64,000 nt of DNA from Candidatus Nomurabacteria bacterium CG1_02_43_90. Its GTDB lineage: Bacteria > Patescibacteriota > Minisyncoccia > Phycocordibacterales > UBA1550. Numbering within the stretch: the stretch's first letter is position 1; the number at the start of each line of letters is the position of its first letter. The translations under genes and the position numbers were made by a program. The stretch spans positions 52,543-116,542 of the forward strand of contig MNVN01000015.1 of NCBI GenBank assembly GCA_001871765.1. Reading direction: 5' to 3'. Positions 40,118-50,299 of the stretch are shown piece after piece. A model generated the notes under the pieces. The model was not told the origin of the DNA. It did not search any database and saw only the letters and a list, made by a program, of their open reading frames with translations.

Positions 40118-40777
40118 TTAATTCCTCACAAGTACCGCACGTGCTGGTGCTCCATCAATATCGCCGAGCTTGAGGGGAAACCCTACAAAAGTATAGTTGC
40201 CACCTTCTACCTTTGAAAGGTCTAGTCCTTCAAAGATTACAATCCCTTTTTTAAGGAGTGCGGTATGCGGTCGTTGATCCTTTCCCCCACGTTTCTTTAT
40301 TGAAAGGTAATCAATACCAAAGAGTACAATCCCCTGCTCTGCAAGATAATCCGCCGCATCACCGTCCAAATAAATATACGTATCGTAGAATTTTTTAAAT
40401 CCCTTTTTTGAATTGCGAGTTTTTACCAAAATACGCTCATTTTTTGTGATGCGAAATTTTTTTAGGTCAGCTACTTTGATTGATTCTTCTATGTTCGAGA
40501 GGTCAAGAACACGACAAGCACCCATAAAAATATCCAGAGGGATTTTCTCAACTCCTTTTCCTTTTGCAAATACATGCCTGGGTGCATCAATATGGGTGCC
40601 CGTATGGGTCCCAAATTCAAGAATTGAGTGTGTCGAAGTTTTCCCTTCCACTACTTGTATTCTTGGTACAGGGTTCCCCGGATAAACGATCATATCTTCC
40701 TTAATAGAAAGAGAAATGTCTATGATTTGTTTTGGCTTCTTCTTAGTCATTCTTCTTTGCAACTTCATGTCCACCAA
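40118..40777 (-). CDS. cyclase-family metal-dependent hydrolase (kynurenine formamidase-like)
   Basis: HTGTHIDAPRH metal-binding motif characteristic of the cyclase/arylformamidase family. Confidence 0.7.
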   Translation of the reverse strand: MVDMKLQRRMTKKKPKQIIDISLSIKEDMIVYPGNPVPRIQVVEGKTSTHSILEFGTHTGTHIDAPRHVFAKGKGVEKIPLDIFMGACRVLDLSNIEESIKVADLKKFRITKNERILVKTRNSKKGFKKFYDTYIYLDGDAADYLAEQGIVLFGIDYLSIKKRGGKDQRPHTALLKKGIVIFEGLDLSKVEGGNYTFVGFPLKLGDIDGAPARAVLVRN

Positions 40778-41651
40778 ATTGATTACGGAGTGCAGATACT
40801 ACTTGCCCAGTATAACTTGGGTTCGACTGTGAGTCTTCTCGAAACTTGAGAGACCCTTCTATAATGGGTACGAGGACACCAAATTCACGTGCCGTTTCTA
40901 CCGTCCAAAGCCCTTCACCACTATGCTTAACTGATCCTGAGATTGCCTCGAGGTCCTCTCCATACTCCTTGAATGCAGTCTCTAGCCATCCTACGAGGCG
41001 AGATTCGATAACACTTTCGTGGTTATATAAGTTTGCGATATTTGAGAGATTAAGCTCGAAAGGTGATTTTTTCATTATTTCGAAACCTTCTCCAATTGCT
41101 TGCATCATTCCATATTCTATGCCGTTATGAACCATTTTTACAAAATGTCCCGCGCCTGCTTTCCCGACGTATGCATAACCATTAGCAACAGAGATGTCTT
41201 TGAAAAGTTCTTCATAGCGATCAAAGATATCTTTTTCTCCTCCCACCATGGTACATGCTCCTTCGCGTGCCCCATGAGGTCCTCCGCTTGTTCCCGCGTC
41301 AAGGAAATGAATTTCTTTTTGCGCAAGCTCTTCTCCGTGACGTATTGAGTTTTTATAGAGAGAGTTTCCCCCGTCGATAATAGTGTCACCCGCAGACAAA
41401 AGAGGAACTAGATCAGCAACCACTTCATCTACAGCTTGATGAGGTACCATGAGCCAGATAATTCGTGGTGACTCAAGATTCTCAACAACTTCAGCAAGTG
41501 TATAAGAAGGTGTAGCCCCGAATTCAGCAACCTCTTTTGTTGCTTCAGGTGTTCTATTGAAAGCGACAACACTCCAACCCTTTTCAAGAAGGTTGAGGGT
41601 CATCCCTTTCCCCATTTTTCCGAGTCCAATATATCCTATTTTTTTATTCAT
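40743..41651 (-). CDS. gnd: 6-phosphogluconate dehydrogenase, short (about 300 aa) decarboxylating type
   Basis: IGYIGLGKMGKGMTLNL NAD(P) site, DGGNSLYKNS, GTSGGPHGAREGACTMVGG, HFVKMVHNGIEYGMMQ. Confidence 0.85.
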   Translation of the reverse strand: MNKKIGYIGLGKMGKGMTLNLLEKGWSVVAFNRTPEATKEVAEFGATPSYTLAEVVENLESPRIIWLMVPHQAVDEVVADLVPLLSAGDTIIDGGNSLYKNSIRHGEELAQKEIHFLDAGTSGGPHGAREGACTMVGGEKDIFDRYEELFKDISVANGYAYVGKAGAGHFVKMVHNGIEYGMMQAIGEGFEIMKKSPFELNLSNIANLYNHESVIESRLVGWLETAFKEYGEDLEAISGSVKHSGEGLWTVETAREFGVLVPIIEGSLKFREDSQSNPSYTGQVVSALRNQFGGHEVAKKND

Positions 41652-41667
41652 ATTTTTTAAAATTATT

Positions 41668-43128
41668 TTATAATACTATCTCTGGACCAGCACTTCCTTT
41701 TTTGTACCGATGAAGAGGTGTATCTCTCCAAAGGTCGAGGATAGGGGTGATAAAATGCCACGTTGCCGAAACCTCTTCAGTGCTCGTAAAAAGCATCTGG
41801 TCTCCTAAAATACCATCAAAAAGTACTTTTTCGTAAGCATCTGCCAGTGGTTTTACCTCAGGAGATCCTTTGTACGAAAACGAAAGTTCTCGCGGTTCAA
41901 TTTCTAATGAAAGTCCCGGTTTTTTTGCCCAAAAGAGCACTGAGGTTCCTTCGTCTGGTTGTATTCTAAAGGTAAGAACATTCTGACGAGGAGACTTTTC
42001 TTCAGAAATACACAAGCAAGATTCTGTCTTCTTGAAATAAACTTTTATTTCTGCCTTATTTTCAGTAAGAGCCTTTCCACTTTCGAGATAGAAGGGTACC
42101 CCGTTCCATCGTTCATTATCAATAAATGCTTTTATCTTAAAGTATGTTTCTGTCTGAGAGCCAGAGGCGATATTAGGTACTTCAAGATACCCGTCATACT
42201 GTCCACGCACCACAGTTTCGCATACTGTTTCTTCGGTTATTGGGCGAAGTGCTTTAAGCACACGGGCACGTTCAGCTCTAACGTGTTGTGCGTCGAGCTC
42301 TACTGGATCTTCAGTAGCAACAAATGCGAGCATTTGTAATAAGTGGTTCTGACCCACATCGCGCAAAGCACCCGTTTCGTCAAAAAAAGCGCCACGACCC
42401 TCAACACCTCTCGTTTCAAAAAGACTAAGCTCTACCCGCTCAATGAAGTGCTTACTCCACAAAGGTTCAAAAATAAGATTTGAAAAACGAAACATAAGAA
42501 TATCCTGCAATACTTCTTTTGCGAGGTAGTGATCGATACGAAATACTTGTTCTTCTTTAAAAAGTTTCCCTAAAATCGCATCAAGCTCCTGTGCGGTAGT
42601 GATATTATTACCAAAAGGTTTTTCGACAAGTATCCGCGTCCAGCCCGCTTCATTACTACAAGGCTTCATGAGCTCTGATTGTGCTAAGTGCTCAAAAATA
42701 TTTTTATAATACACAGGAGGGACCGCAAGATAGAAGAGTTTGTTTGTACACTGACCTATTTCATCTTCTTTTATTTTGAGAGTTTCCAACAATTCTAAGT
42801 AGCTTTCAATTTTATCGAAGAACCCCTGCGCGTAGGAAATGTGCGAAAGAAATTCAACAAGGTCTTCTTCGGAAAAAGAAGTCTTTTTTGCCATGATTGC
42901 TTTCTTCGCATATTCTCGATAGTCCTTATTAGAAATTTCCTGTCGAGAAAACCCAACAATTTTGAATTTTTTGGGAAGATATCTTTTTTGGAAAAGGTCG
43001 AAAAGCGACGGCAAGAGCTTTTGGGTGCTGAGATCTCCTGTAGCACCAAAAATAGTAATAATAGTGGGCGGAGTTATCTGCATGTTTTCGAATGATGTCA
43101 TATCGGATATAAGATAAATTGCATACAA
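41668..43128 (-). CDS. zwf: glucose-6-phosphate 1-dehydrogenase
   Basis: IFGATGDLSTQKLLPSLF, RIDHYLAKE active-site motif, EKPFG. Confidence 0.9.
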   Translation of the reverse strand: MYAIYLISDMTSFENMQITPPTIITIFGATGDLSTQKLLPSLFDLFQKRYLPKKFKIVGFSRQEISNKDYREYAKKAIMAKKTSFSEEDLVEFLSHISYAQGFFDKIESYLELLETLKIKEDEIGQCTNKLFYLAVPPVYYKNIFEHLAQSELMKPCSNEAGWTRILVEKPFGNNITTAQELDAILGKLFKEEQVFRIDHYLAKEVLQDILMFRFSNLIFEPLWSKHFIERVELSLFETRGVEGRGAFFDETGALRDVGQNHLLQMLAFVATEDPVELDAQHVRAERARVLKALRPITEETVCETVVRGQYDGYLEVPNIASGSQTETYFKIKAFIDNERWNGVPFYLESGKALTENKAEIKVYFKKTESCLCISEEKSPRQNVLTFRIQPDEGTSVLFWAKKPGLSLEIEPRELSFSYKGSPEVKPLADAYEKVLFDGILGDQMLFTSTEEVSATWHFITPILDLWRDTPLHRYKKGSAGPEIVL

Positions 43129-43133
43129 AACGG

Positions 43134-45143
43134 CTACTCTCCCTCATAAAGTGGGTTGCATTTAAGGCATACACCGAGCTCTTCGAGTTTGTCCAGGTAT
43201 TTTACCACAGTCATGATGTATTCCGAATGACTCCACGTAAGAGGAGTTGCGGAAAGTAATTCTCCTGTATAAGGATGAAGCTGTTCCGAGAAAATCCCCG
43301 AGGGGCTTGCGTGTTTTACTGCCCAGGCGAGCCACTGATGTACGGGTGCAAAATCTGCTTCTGTTTTTGCGCGCGCAATATAATACTGAGCGAGCCAAAG
43401 GCTGGTGATAATCCAAGGATTGCCCGGCACACCGATGGTGTCCCGGAAGTACACGTCTCCCTCGTAGCGTGCGACCCCACCAACCGCAGTTTTTACGATG
43501 ATGTGTTCCTCAACCTGCGATACGGCGCGAGTGAGGCGAGGGTCAGAAACATCAAGTACGCCAAAAGCAAAAATTCCATACACGCTCGACATATCGATGG
43601 TGCGGTCATAAGAGATAACTCCCTGGTCTGAAACATTAATCATTTTTATAAACGAACCTCGCTCCTCATCATAAAGGTAGTCAAGGATTCCCTGACGAAT
43701 TTCTTCTGCTGCGGTAGTGTAGATATGTTCACTTTTTTCCTTACCGAGGAGTTTTGCAAATTTTGCAGAAACCATCAGTGCTTGATATACCGAGGACGCG
43801 GTGAAGGTGTGTATACCGAACTTTTCTTCCCAGAGGTCGTAGGAAGCTTTCGGGAGCTTTGTCTTGGTATCACGATACCCAACCATAAAATCCGCGGCTC
43901 GTTTGATAAGCGTATTGTAAACTTTTTCAATAAACTCAAGATCACGTGATTGGGTGTAGTGGTGCCAGAGAGCAACAATTACTAGTGCTGTTTCGTCCTC
44001 CTGAATGGGGAGCTCTACTTTTCCATTCCGCATCCAAGGGTGCCACGAACTCCCGAGGGATTCGTCGGGACGATATTTATGCATGAGGTACCCATCATTA
44101 GTAATGACATGTTCGCAAAAATCAAAGAACCTCTCTGTTACATTGAAGTTTCCCGCCATATCAAAAGCAATAGCAGAAAATGCACCATCACGAGGCCACA
44201 TGTAGCTGTAAGTATCGCGACCATTTTGGAGCATATCGGAATCTGCGGAAGCGATGATCGCACCCCTGTTGTCTGCATGTGTACGTATAACGAGAAGTGA
44301 CCGCTTAAAAAGTGCAATCTCATCCTGGGTAAGGCCATAAAAACTAAAGTTATATTTGTTCACCCACGCATACCAATAGTCACGCGTTGTCCGCACAAGG
44401 TGTCCTGGTTTTTTCTCGAGCGTATAAGCATTGAGTTCAAGCGCTTCCTTGATTGATTCTGCTACCGCAATCCAGTAGTAAATAGTTTTCGTTTCTTGAG
44501 GGGCAAGATCAATATAAAATCCAACAACTGAGTCAGAAGGACCATGTTCGATGAGATTTTTTGACAACATACCATCTTCTGCGTCCTTAAAACTTCCTTC
44601 TTTCCCCTCTATCTTAAATATGCCCGCAGTATAATCGTCAAAACTACCCCTATCTGATAAGCCATTCACCAAAAAAACGCGCTTGCCGTTGTAGTGAACG
44701 ACAACATGGTTTATGGGGTCAAAATATGAGGTATCACCACGATGTGACTCATAAATCTCAAACTCATGACCAAAAAAAAGTTTAACCGTCCTTTGTCGGT
44801 CGGTGTCATTGGTAACCTTTACCTCACGTAAAAAAATATTTTTTTCGTTATAAACTGTATCAGAAAATTTGAGCGTAACACCGAGAGTATTATTTATGGC
44901 TATTGTTTCTCCTACGAGTGATTGATCAGCGGAATGCATCTGAATATCCCAGTTGGAATGTTCAAACCAATTGAGCTGATAGTCTACATATACCCCTACG
45001 CGATGGGTGTAGTGCCCCCCCACGTGATTTTCAAGACCAACATAAGGAAAGTACAGGTCCCGTACCTGTGCGCGCTTGTCTTCGCAAACGAGCATTGTTC
45101 CATTTCCGAGAGAAAGCGCTTTTGACATGCATATAGTATACAA
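43134..45143 (-). CDS. glycoside hydrolase family 15 (glucoamylase/glucodextranase-like)
   Basis: Beta-sandwich N-domain plus (alpha/alpha)6 catalytic domain; conserved segments SYMWPRDGAFSAIAF, LWEEKFGIHTFTASSVYQAL, GIFSEQLHPYTGELLSATPLTWSHSEYI. Confidence 0.8.
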   Translation of the reverse strand: MYTICMSKALSLGNGTMLVCEDKRAQVRDLYFPYVGLENHVGGHYTHRVGVYVDYQLNWFEHSNWDIQMHSADQSLVGETIAINNTLGVTLKFSDTVYNEKNIFLREVKVTNDTDRQRTVKLFFGHEFEIYESHRGDTSYFDPINHVVVHYNGKRVFLVNGLSDRGSFDDYTAGIFKIEGKEGSFKDAEDGMLSKNLIEHGPSDSVVGFYIDLAPQETKTIYYWIAVAESIKEALELNAYTLEKKPGHLVRTTRDYWYAWVNKYNFSFYGLTQDEIALFKRSLLVIRTHADNRGAIIASADSDMLQNGRDTYSYMWPRDGAFSAIAFDMAGNFNVTERFFDFCEHVITNDGYLMHKYRPDESLGSSWHPWMRNGKVELPIQEDETALVIVALWHHYTQSRDLEFIEKVYNTLIKRAADFMVGYRDTKTKLPKASYDLWEEKFGIHTFTASSVYQALMVSAKFAKLLGKEKSEHIYTTAAEEIRQGILDYLYDEERGSFIKMINVSDQGVISYDRTIDMSSVYGIFAFGVLDVSDPRLTRAVSQVEEHIIVKTAVGGVARYEGDVYFRDTIGVPGNPWIITSLWLAQYYIARAKTEADFAPVHQWLAWAVKHASPSGIFSEQLHPYTGELLSATPLTWSHSEYIMTVVKYLDKLEELGVCLKCNPLYEGE

Positions 45144-45189
45144 GTAATGCGTTCCAAAAACAAATTTTGGGAAATAATTTTCTAATTAC

Positions 45190-46425
45190 CTAAGGCAACT
45201 TTTTCACCGCAACTTTTTTTACATAGTTTGGGTGCCCCACCACGCGTAAACGTAAGTCTTGAAGTGCATTCATGTAGGCAATAAATGCTTCATAGGGCGT
45301 ATTGTAAGGATTGAAATATTTGTGTACATCGCCATCGTTAAACCATTTGGTGCACATATAATAGAAGTGATCGGAAGTTTGCAGTTTACGCCAATCGCTG
45401 ATAATTTTTTCGTCTTTTGTTGCAAGAACATCCTCTTCAAGCTTATAGATACTCTGTATTGCATCATGTTGCATAGGATTGGAGAGCCACGCCGAAAGGT
45501 CACGCTCCACATCTGCCCACGACATAAAGTTGTGCACATCGAGCTCTGCTACTGGTTCATAGCGCGCAATGGCTTCACTGGGCGTTATAAAATCGTTGTT
45601 AGGGTTTTTGTATATTTCTTCAGGGAGATGACGCAGGAAATTAAAAATACCAGTATCTTCCCATTGGTGCTCTCCGAAGGTTTCGTAGTCCATAAAGAGA
45701 TTAATCACGTGTCCATTGCCGTTGACCTCGTTTGCCCATTTTGCAAATTTGGGAGCAGTCAAAGGAAAGTCCACCCACTCCTTTGATGAAAATCGAAAAG
45801 CGATATCATCAGAGAGGCGGTAATTTTTGAGCATAAGTTTTATGTTCTCTGTCCCCTGCGGGCGATACAAAAAATTTGGACTTTTCCAACCAAGGACATG
45901 GTCGGCACCCTCAGCGATGATACCCTTGTACCCCATCCTCTCGACCTCGTGCGCAAGTGCGTTATTGTAAATGAGCTCGGTATTACGAAATACGGTCGGC
46001 GTAACCCCAAAAAGTTCTTGGATTTTTTCGCGATGCATTGTGACCTGACGACGAAATTCCTCAGGTGAGTAAAGAAACGAGAGCGAATGATAGTACGTTT
46101 CTTCCAAGACTTCTACACGCCCCGTTGCAATAAGCTCCTGAAAAGAGGCAAGTGTTTCGGGGCTAAATTCCTCGAGTTGGTCGAGGAATACTCCTGAAAA
46201 AGAAAAGCTGATTTTAAATTCGGGATGTTTCTTGAGAAGCTCAAGTAAAACAGCGTTCGCAGGCAAATAGCACTTCCCTGCTACTTTACGGAGAATTTTT
46301 TTATTATTGATCGAGCGCTCTGAATCATCATTAAAATATTCGTTATCATTCCCCACGTCAAAAACCCGATAATCTTTCACGCGGTAGGGTTGGTGAACTT
46401 GAAAATAAAAGCAGAGGGAGGCCAT
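45190..46425 (-). CDS. glycoside hydrolase family 57 protein
   Basis: N-terminal CFYFQVHQPYR motif and downstream GH57-type WLSNPMQHDA / FMDYETFGEHQWE segments. Confidence 0.65.
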   Translation of the reverse strand: MASLCFYFQVHQPYRVKDYRVFDVGNDNEYFNDDSERSINNKKILRKVAGKCYLPANAVLLELLKKHPEFKISFSFSGVFLDQLEEFSPETLASFQELIATGRVEVLEETYYHSLSFLYSPEEFRRQVTMHREKIQELFGVTPTVFRNTELIYNNALAHEVERMGYKGIIAEGADHVLGWKSPNFLYRPQGTENIKLMLKNYRLSDDIAFRFSSKEWVDFPLTAPKFAKWANEVNGNGHVINLFMDYETFGEHQWEDTGIFNFLRHLPEEIYKNPNNDFITPSEAIARYEPVAELDVHNFMSWADVERDLSAWLSNPMQHDAIQSIYKLEEDVLATKDEKIISDWRKLQTSDHFYYMCTKWFNDGDVHKYFNPYNTPYEAFIAYMNALQDLRLRVVGHPNYVKKVAVKKLP

Positions 46426-46596
46426 GGAATAGTTAATAGTTCTTATTTAATAAAAAATACTTCCTCTATTGTAACAGATATATTTTTTTAGCAAAAGAAA
46501 AAGCGCACCGCGAAGTAATAGATACACCAACCACTCTTGTAAATCAACCAAAAATGCTACCATTTTGGATTCCTTCATTTCTTTCAAGAAAAATGG

Positions 46597-46631
46597 CAGG
46601 CACACTACTCTTAAAAAGAGTAGTGTGCCTG
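46597..46631 (-). terminator. intrinsic terminator downstream of glycosyltransferase gene
   Basis: caggcacactactctt-aaa-aagagtagtgtgcctg 16-bp stem. Confidence 0.7.
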
Positions 46632-46663
46632 TTTATCTTTGTCGATGTTTAGATTCAAAGAAA

Positions 46664-47896
46664 CTAGATGTAGCGAGTATCCGATGTTGCTCCACAGTCA
46701 CAAATAATTTTTTCGTAATAACTCACACACTTCTCGCTTGCCACGTCCCAATTTACTTTTTTTATTTCCTGCCGACTGTTCCCCCGCAGTGTTTCCGAGA
46801 GTGACCGATGTGCTACCGCCCCGAGAATTTTATTTGCCATATCCTCAGTGTCCCAAAAATCTGTTTTGAGTGCGTGAGTAATCACCTCTGATACTCCTGA
46901 TTGTTTTGAGATCAAGACTGGCGTACCCGCAATAATCGATTCAAGAGGGGTGATACCAAATGGCTCTGAAACAGACGGCATTACAAAAAGGTCTGCTGCT
47001 TTATATGCTGCATTCAAGTCATCTCCCCGAAGGAAACCCATGAACATCACGTGGTCTGAGATCCCCAAAGAGGCTGTTTCAAGCATCATTTGACGCTCCA
47101 TATCCCCTGAACCTGCTACAAGAAAAAGAACATTGGGGTTTACCTCAAGAACTCTCTTTGCTGCTCGAATAAAATATTCGGGACCTTTTTGGATAGTGAT
47201 ACGCCCTGCAAAAAGAACAATCTTTTGTCCCGCCTTCTTAAGATCAGCAAGCTTGTCAGGAATACTTGTATAGTCACACTCATCAATACCATTGTGCACG
47301 ACTTGGATCTTATCTGCAGGTATTCCATAGTGCTCTACAATTTTCTGCTTGGTAAAATTACTTACCGCAATAATACCATCAGCGTACTGCATTGCTTCCC
47401 GCTCTATCTTATAGACTTCTTCGTTTGCTCCTTGACCCCCTGTGCGGTCAAATTCAGTAGCATGCATATGGAGGATAAGGGGTTTACCCGAAACTTTTTT
47501 TGCAGCAACTCCTGCAAGGAAAGAGAGCCAATCATGTGCATGGATAACATCGAAGTGTTCTTTTTTGGCTATTTCGCGAGCGCGAAGAGCGTAGCGTTTT
47601 ACTTCTTGCATAAGGGTATTTCCATATATATCAGAAACCACCTTATCCCGCTCCCGTATATACCCTTCTGAGGTAACGTAAGGTTTTAGCGTTGTTTCAA
47701 TCTCAAGAAATTTAACTCGACGCTCATCTCCAAACAAAATATCCATAAACGATGCTGTCACGCTAACTTTTTTTGGAAGAACAAAGAGTACTTCAATCTT
47801 TTTTACTGCGAGCGCGCGGGTCAAACCAAAACACGCTGTGCCGAGGCCACCGCTATTGTGAGGAGGAAATTCCCATCCGAACATAAGTACGCGCAT
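46664..47896 (-). CDS. glycogen-synthase-like GT-B glycosyltransferase (GT4/GT5); start taken at MRVLMFGWEFPP, ORF opens at 47971
   Basis: MRVLMFGWEFPPHNSGGLGTACFGL N-terminal motif, C-terminal EPFGITPLESIIAGTPVL nucleotide-sugar site. Confidence 0.75.
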   Translation of the reverse strand: MRVLMFGWEFPPHNSGGLGTACFGLTRALAVKKIEVLFVLPKKVSVTASFMDILFGDERRVKFLEIETTLKPYVTSEGYIRERDKVVSDIYGNTLMQEVKRYALRAREIAKKEHFDVIHAHDWLSFLAGVAAKKVSGKPLILHMHATEFDRTGGQGANEEVYKIEREAMQYADGIIAVSNFTKQKIVEHYGIPADKIQVVHNGIDECDYTSIPDKLADLKKAGQKIVLFAGRITIQKGPEYFIRAAKRVLEVNPNVLFLVAGSGDMERQMMLETASLGISDHVMFMGFLRGDDLNAAYKAADLFVMPSVSEPFGITPLESIIAGTPVLISKQSGVSEVITHALKTDFWDTEDMANKILGAVAHRSLSETLRGNSRQEIKKVNWDVASEKCVSYYEKIICDCGATSDTRYI

Positions 47897-48062
47897 AAAA
47901 TAAATATAAAATGTAAAAGACTCAAGTTCATTGTACCACATGATTACAAATTTATTTTTAACAAAAAACAAAAAAGTTGTGTATAACTCTAAATTATTAG
48001 TTTTATTTTCTCGTGCTAGAATATATTTAAGGTCAGTGCACGACCCCTAATATAAATAAAAC

Positions 48063-48254
48063 ATGCTCAACAATCATACTTACAATTTATTACTCCAAGC
48101 AACACAAGAGCACAAAAGTCTTTGGCGCATAAAAAATACGTACAAAAAAGATACTGACGAGTGTGCAGAATGTGTTGCTTTTTGGGAAAAAATGGAAAAA
48201 GATAAGGAGGGTCACGTTGCTGAACTTGAAGCACTCATTAAAAAACATATCTAA
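48063..48254 (+). CDS. hypothetical small protein (63 aa)
   Basis: Isolated complete ORF with Cys pair ECAECVAFW; no recognised family. Confidence 0.35.
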   Translation: MLNNHTYNLLLQATQEHKSLWRIKNTYKKDTDECAECVAFWEKMEKDKEGHVAELEALIKKHI

Positions 48255-48341
48255 AAAAAGTAACAATAGAAGGAAAACGCCTTACGGGTAATTACTCGGG
48301 GGCGTTTTCCTCTTGTCAAATCACTATTTTTAGTGTAGAGT

Positions 48342-49184
48342 ATGGAAATTACATACAACCAACGTGCTCCGAGGCCCCTTATTTCAGCTCTACTTATGAA
48401 AAACCCATCAAAAAATACACCTCGGAAACAAGCTCGGCCAAGCGTTAAAAAAACAATCTCTTCTGATGCAGAGTCCCTCACCTTCCCTATTCGTCTTAAC
48501 CGCTACCTTGCACACAAGGGATTTTCAACTCGTCGTGGAGCAGATGAACTTATTACAAAAGGTTTAGTGAAGATAAATGATAAAGTCGCCGTACTCGGTG
48601 ATCAAGTAACATCAGGAGATGATGTCATCGAGGTTTCCCCTAGTGTCCTTACCAAAATAGAAGGATCCTATCGTTATGTTGCGTACTACAAACCTCGCGG
48701 AATTTCAACTGATACACAAAAAGAAGGAGAGAGCATCAAGATGGCACTCCCTGCACTCCGAGGACTCTTCCCTCTTGGTCGTCTTGATAAGGACTCGGAA
48801 GGATTGATTATTCTTACGAACGATGGTCGCCTTACTGACCGCGTCCTTTCACCTGACCGCGCACATGAAAAAGAATATCTTGTAAAAGTTGATAAAAAAG
48901 TCTCTGACACCTTTATTCGTCACCTCGAACGAGGGATCCTCATTGAGGTGTACAAAACCAAACCGGCAAAGGCTCGTCGCACTGGCGAAACTATTTTTCG
49001 TATTATCCTTACGGAAGGCAAGAAACACCAAGTTCGTCGCATGTGCGCCGCTGAAGGGTACCAAGTACTCGATCTTACTCGCGTACGTATTATGAATGTA
49101 ACTCTCGGAAACTTAAAAAGTGGTGCCTATCGTGACATTGTCGGGGCAGAACTTACTGAACTGAAAAAAAGTATTGGGCTCTAA
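48342..49184 (+). CDS. RsuA/RluB-family pseudouridine synthase with S4 domain (start possibly 48396)
   Basis: S4 motif FPIRLNRYLAHKGFSTRRGADELI, catalytic GRLDKDSEGLIILTNDG. Confidence 0.8.
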   Translation: MEITYNQRAPRPLISALLMKNPSKNTPRKQARPSVKKTISSDAESLTFPIRLNRYLAHKGFSTRRGADELITKGLVKINDKVAVLGDQVTSGDDVIEVSPSVLTKIEGSYRYVAYYKPRGISTDTQKEGESIKMALPALRGLFPLGRLDKDSEGLIILTNDGRLTDRVLSPDRAHEKEYLVKVDKKVSDTFIRHLERGILIEVYKTKPAKARRTGETIFRIILTEGKKHQVRRMCAAEGYQVLDLTRVRIMNVTLGNLKSGAYRDIVGAELTELKKSIGL

Positions 49185-49526
49185 AAATATCCTAAAAAAT
49201 AAAAGGACACCGATAATTCCCACAAAAAAGGCAACCAGAAGTACGAAACCTCCCATCATATCTTTCACTTTTCCAATGAGCGGGTCATGGTTCGGCTCAA
49301 CCTTATTACATAAATCCTCAACGACCGTATTTACAATCTCCGCAGTAAGTACCGCGCCGATACAAGCAATGAGGATAATCCACTCAAGGGTTATAAATTT
49401 GAAATAAATACCAAGAGCTATCACCGCGAGAGATATACCAATTTCAATACGAAAATTGACTTCCTCTTGCCATACGGTACGCAGTCCATGCATTGCCCAC
49501 CCAAAACTTTTTATAAATTTATTCAT
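49113..49526 (-). CDS. dgkA: diacylglycerol/undecaprenol kinase family membrane protein
   Basis: Three TM helices, conserved EIVNTVVED and GKVKDMMGG motifs; 3' ends overlap convergently with pseudouridine synthase. Confidence 0.75.
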   Translation of the reverse strand: MNKFIKSFGWAMHGLRTVWQEEVNFRIEIGISLAVIALGIYFKFITLEWIILIACIGAVLTAEIVNTVVEDLCNKVEPNHDPLIGKVKDMMGGFVLLVAFFVGIIGVLLFFRIFLEPNTFFQFSKFCPDNVTIGTTF

Positions 49527-49532
49527 GAGATT

Positions 49533-49787
49533 TTATGATTTATGTTTTGAGAGAAAATCGAGTTTCTTCTCCCTTGTCCACCGCTTTATTTCTGCTTCAC
49601 GAGCGCGCGCAACAGCAAGATCAAGGACCTCTTCAGAATATTTTAAAAATACCGGGCGGCGAATCTTTGTATAATGCGCCCCTGATTTTAAATGATTATG
49701 AGCGTACAACCTCTTTTCAAGATCACTTGTTGAACCTATATAGAGACTACTGTCCGCACATTCTAAAATATATACGGTATAGGCCAT
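49533..49787 (-). CDS. GIY-YIG nuclease domain protein (85 aa from MAYTVYIL; ORF opens at 49871)
   Basis: [35 protein letters not shown] core; the shorter start avoids overlap with the hemerythrin gene. Confidence 0.7.
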   Translation of the reverse strand: MAYTVYILECADSSLYIGSTSDLEKRLYAHNHLKSGAHYTKIRRPVFLKYSEEVLDLAVARAREAEIKRWTREKKLDFLSKHKS

Positions 49788-49798
49788 CTCGGTAAGAC

Positions 49799-50209
49799 TT
49801 ATCGTAACCCGTTTTGATGGAAACAATCTACATATTCTCGGTCTTCTCCCAAAATATGCCTTACCCACCATTCCCCAAGAAAATCCATCATCTCAAAAGG
49901 GAGCATGACCTCATCTTCATAATAAGCTTTTGAGAACTTACTGATTTTTTCTCGGTAGGCTTCGTGCTCTCGTATGTGCTCTTCTCTTCCCGCATACTCA
50001 AATTCATTAAAGTATTTCTCCTCAGTAGCAAAATGCATATCAGCATACCGAATAAGCTCCTGAATTGTCGAACGCAATACTTCTTTGTCTGGTGAAGCCT
50101 GGAGAGACCGATAAAGAACATTAATAATCTCAATCATTTTTTTGTGCTGGGTATCGATAACCTCAACCCCAAGATTGTACTTTTCACTCCAAAAAATTAA
50201 ATCTGCCAT
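49799..50209 (-). CDS. hemerythrin-like (bacteriohemerythrin) protein
   Basis: [46 protein letters not shown] iron-ligand His/Glu pattern. Confidence 0.8.
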   Translation of the reverse strand: MADLIFWSEKYNLGVEVIDTQHKKMIEIINVLYRSLQASPDKEVLRSTIQELIRYADMHFATEEKYFNEFEYAGREEHIREHEAYREKISKFSKAYYEDEVMLPFEMMDFLGEWWVRHILGEDREYVDCFHQNGLR

Positions 50210-50299
50210 AATTCTTATTACTTAAATAATATAACTGAATTATACCATACTTATTAAAAAAGTTTTGAGTATTTATAAAAATTCTGCCATACTGTCATT

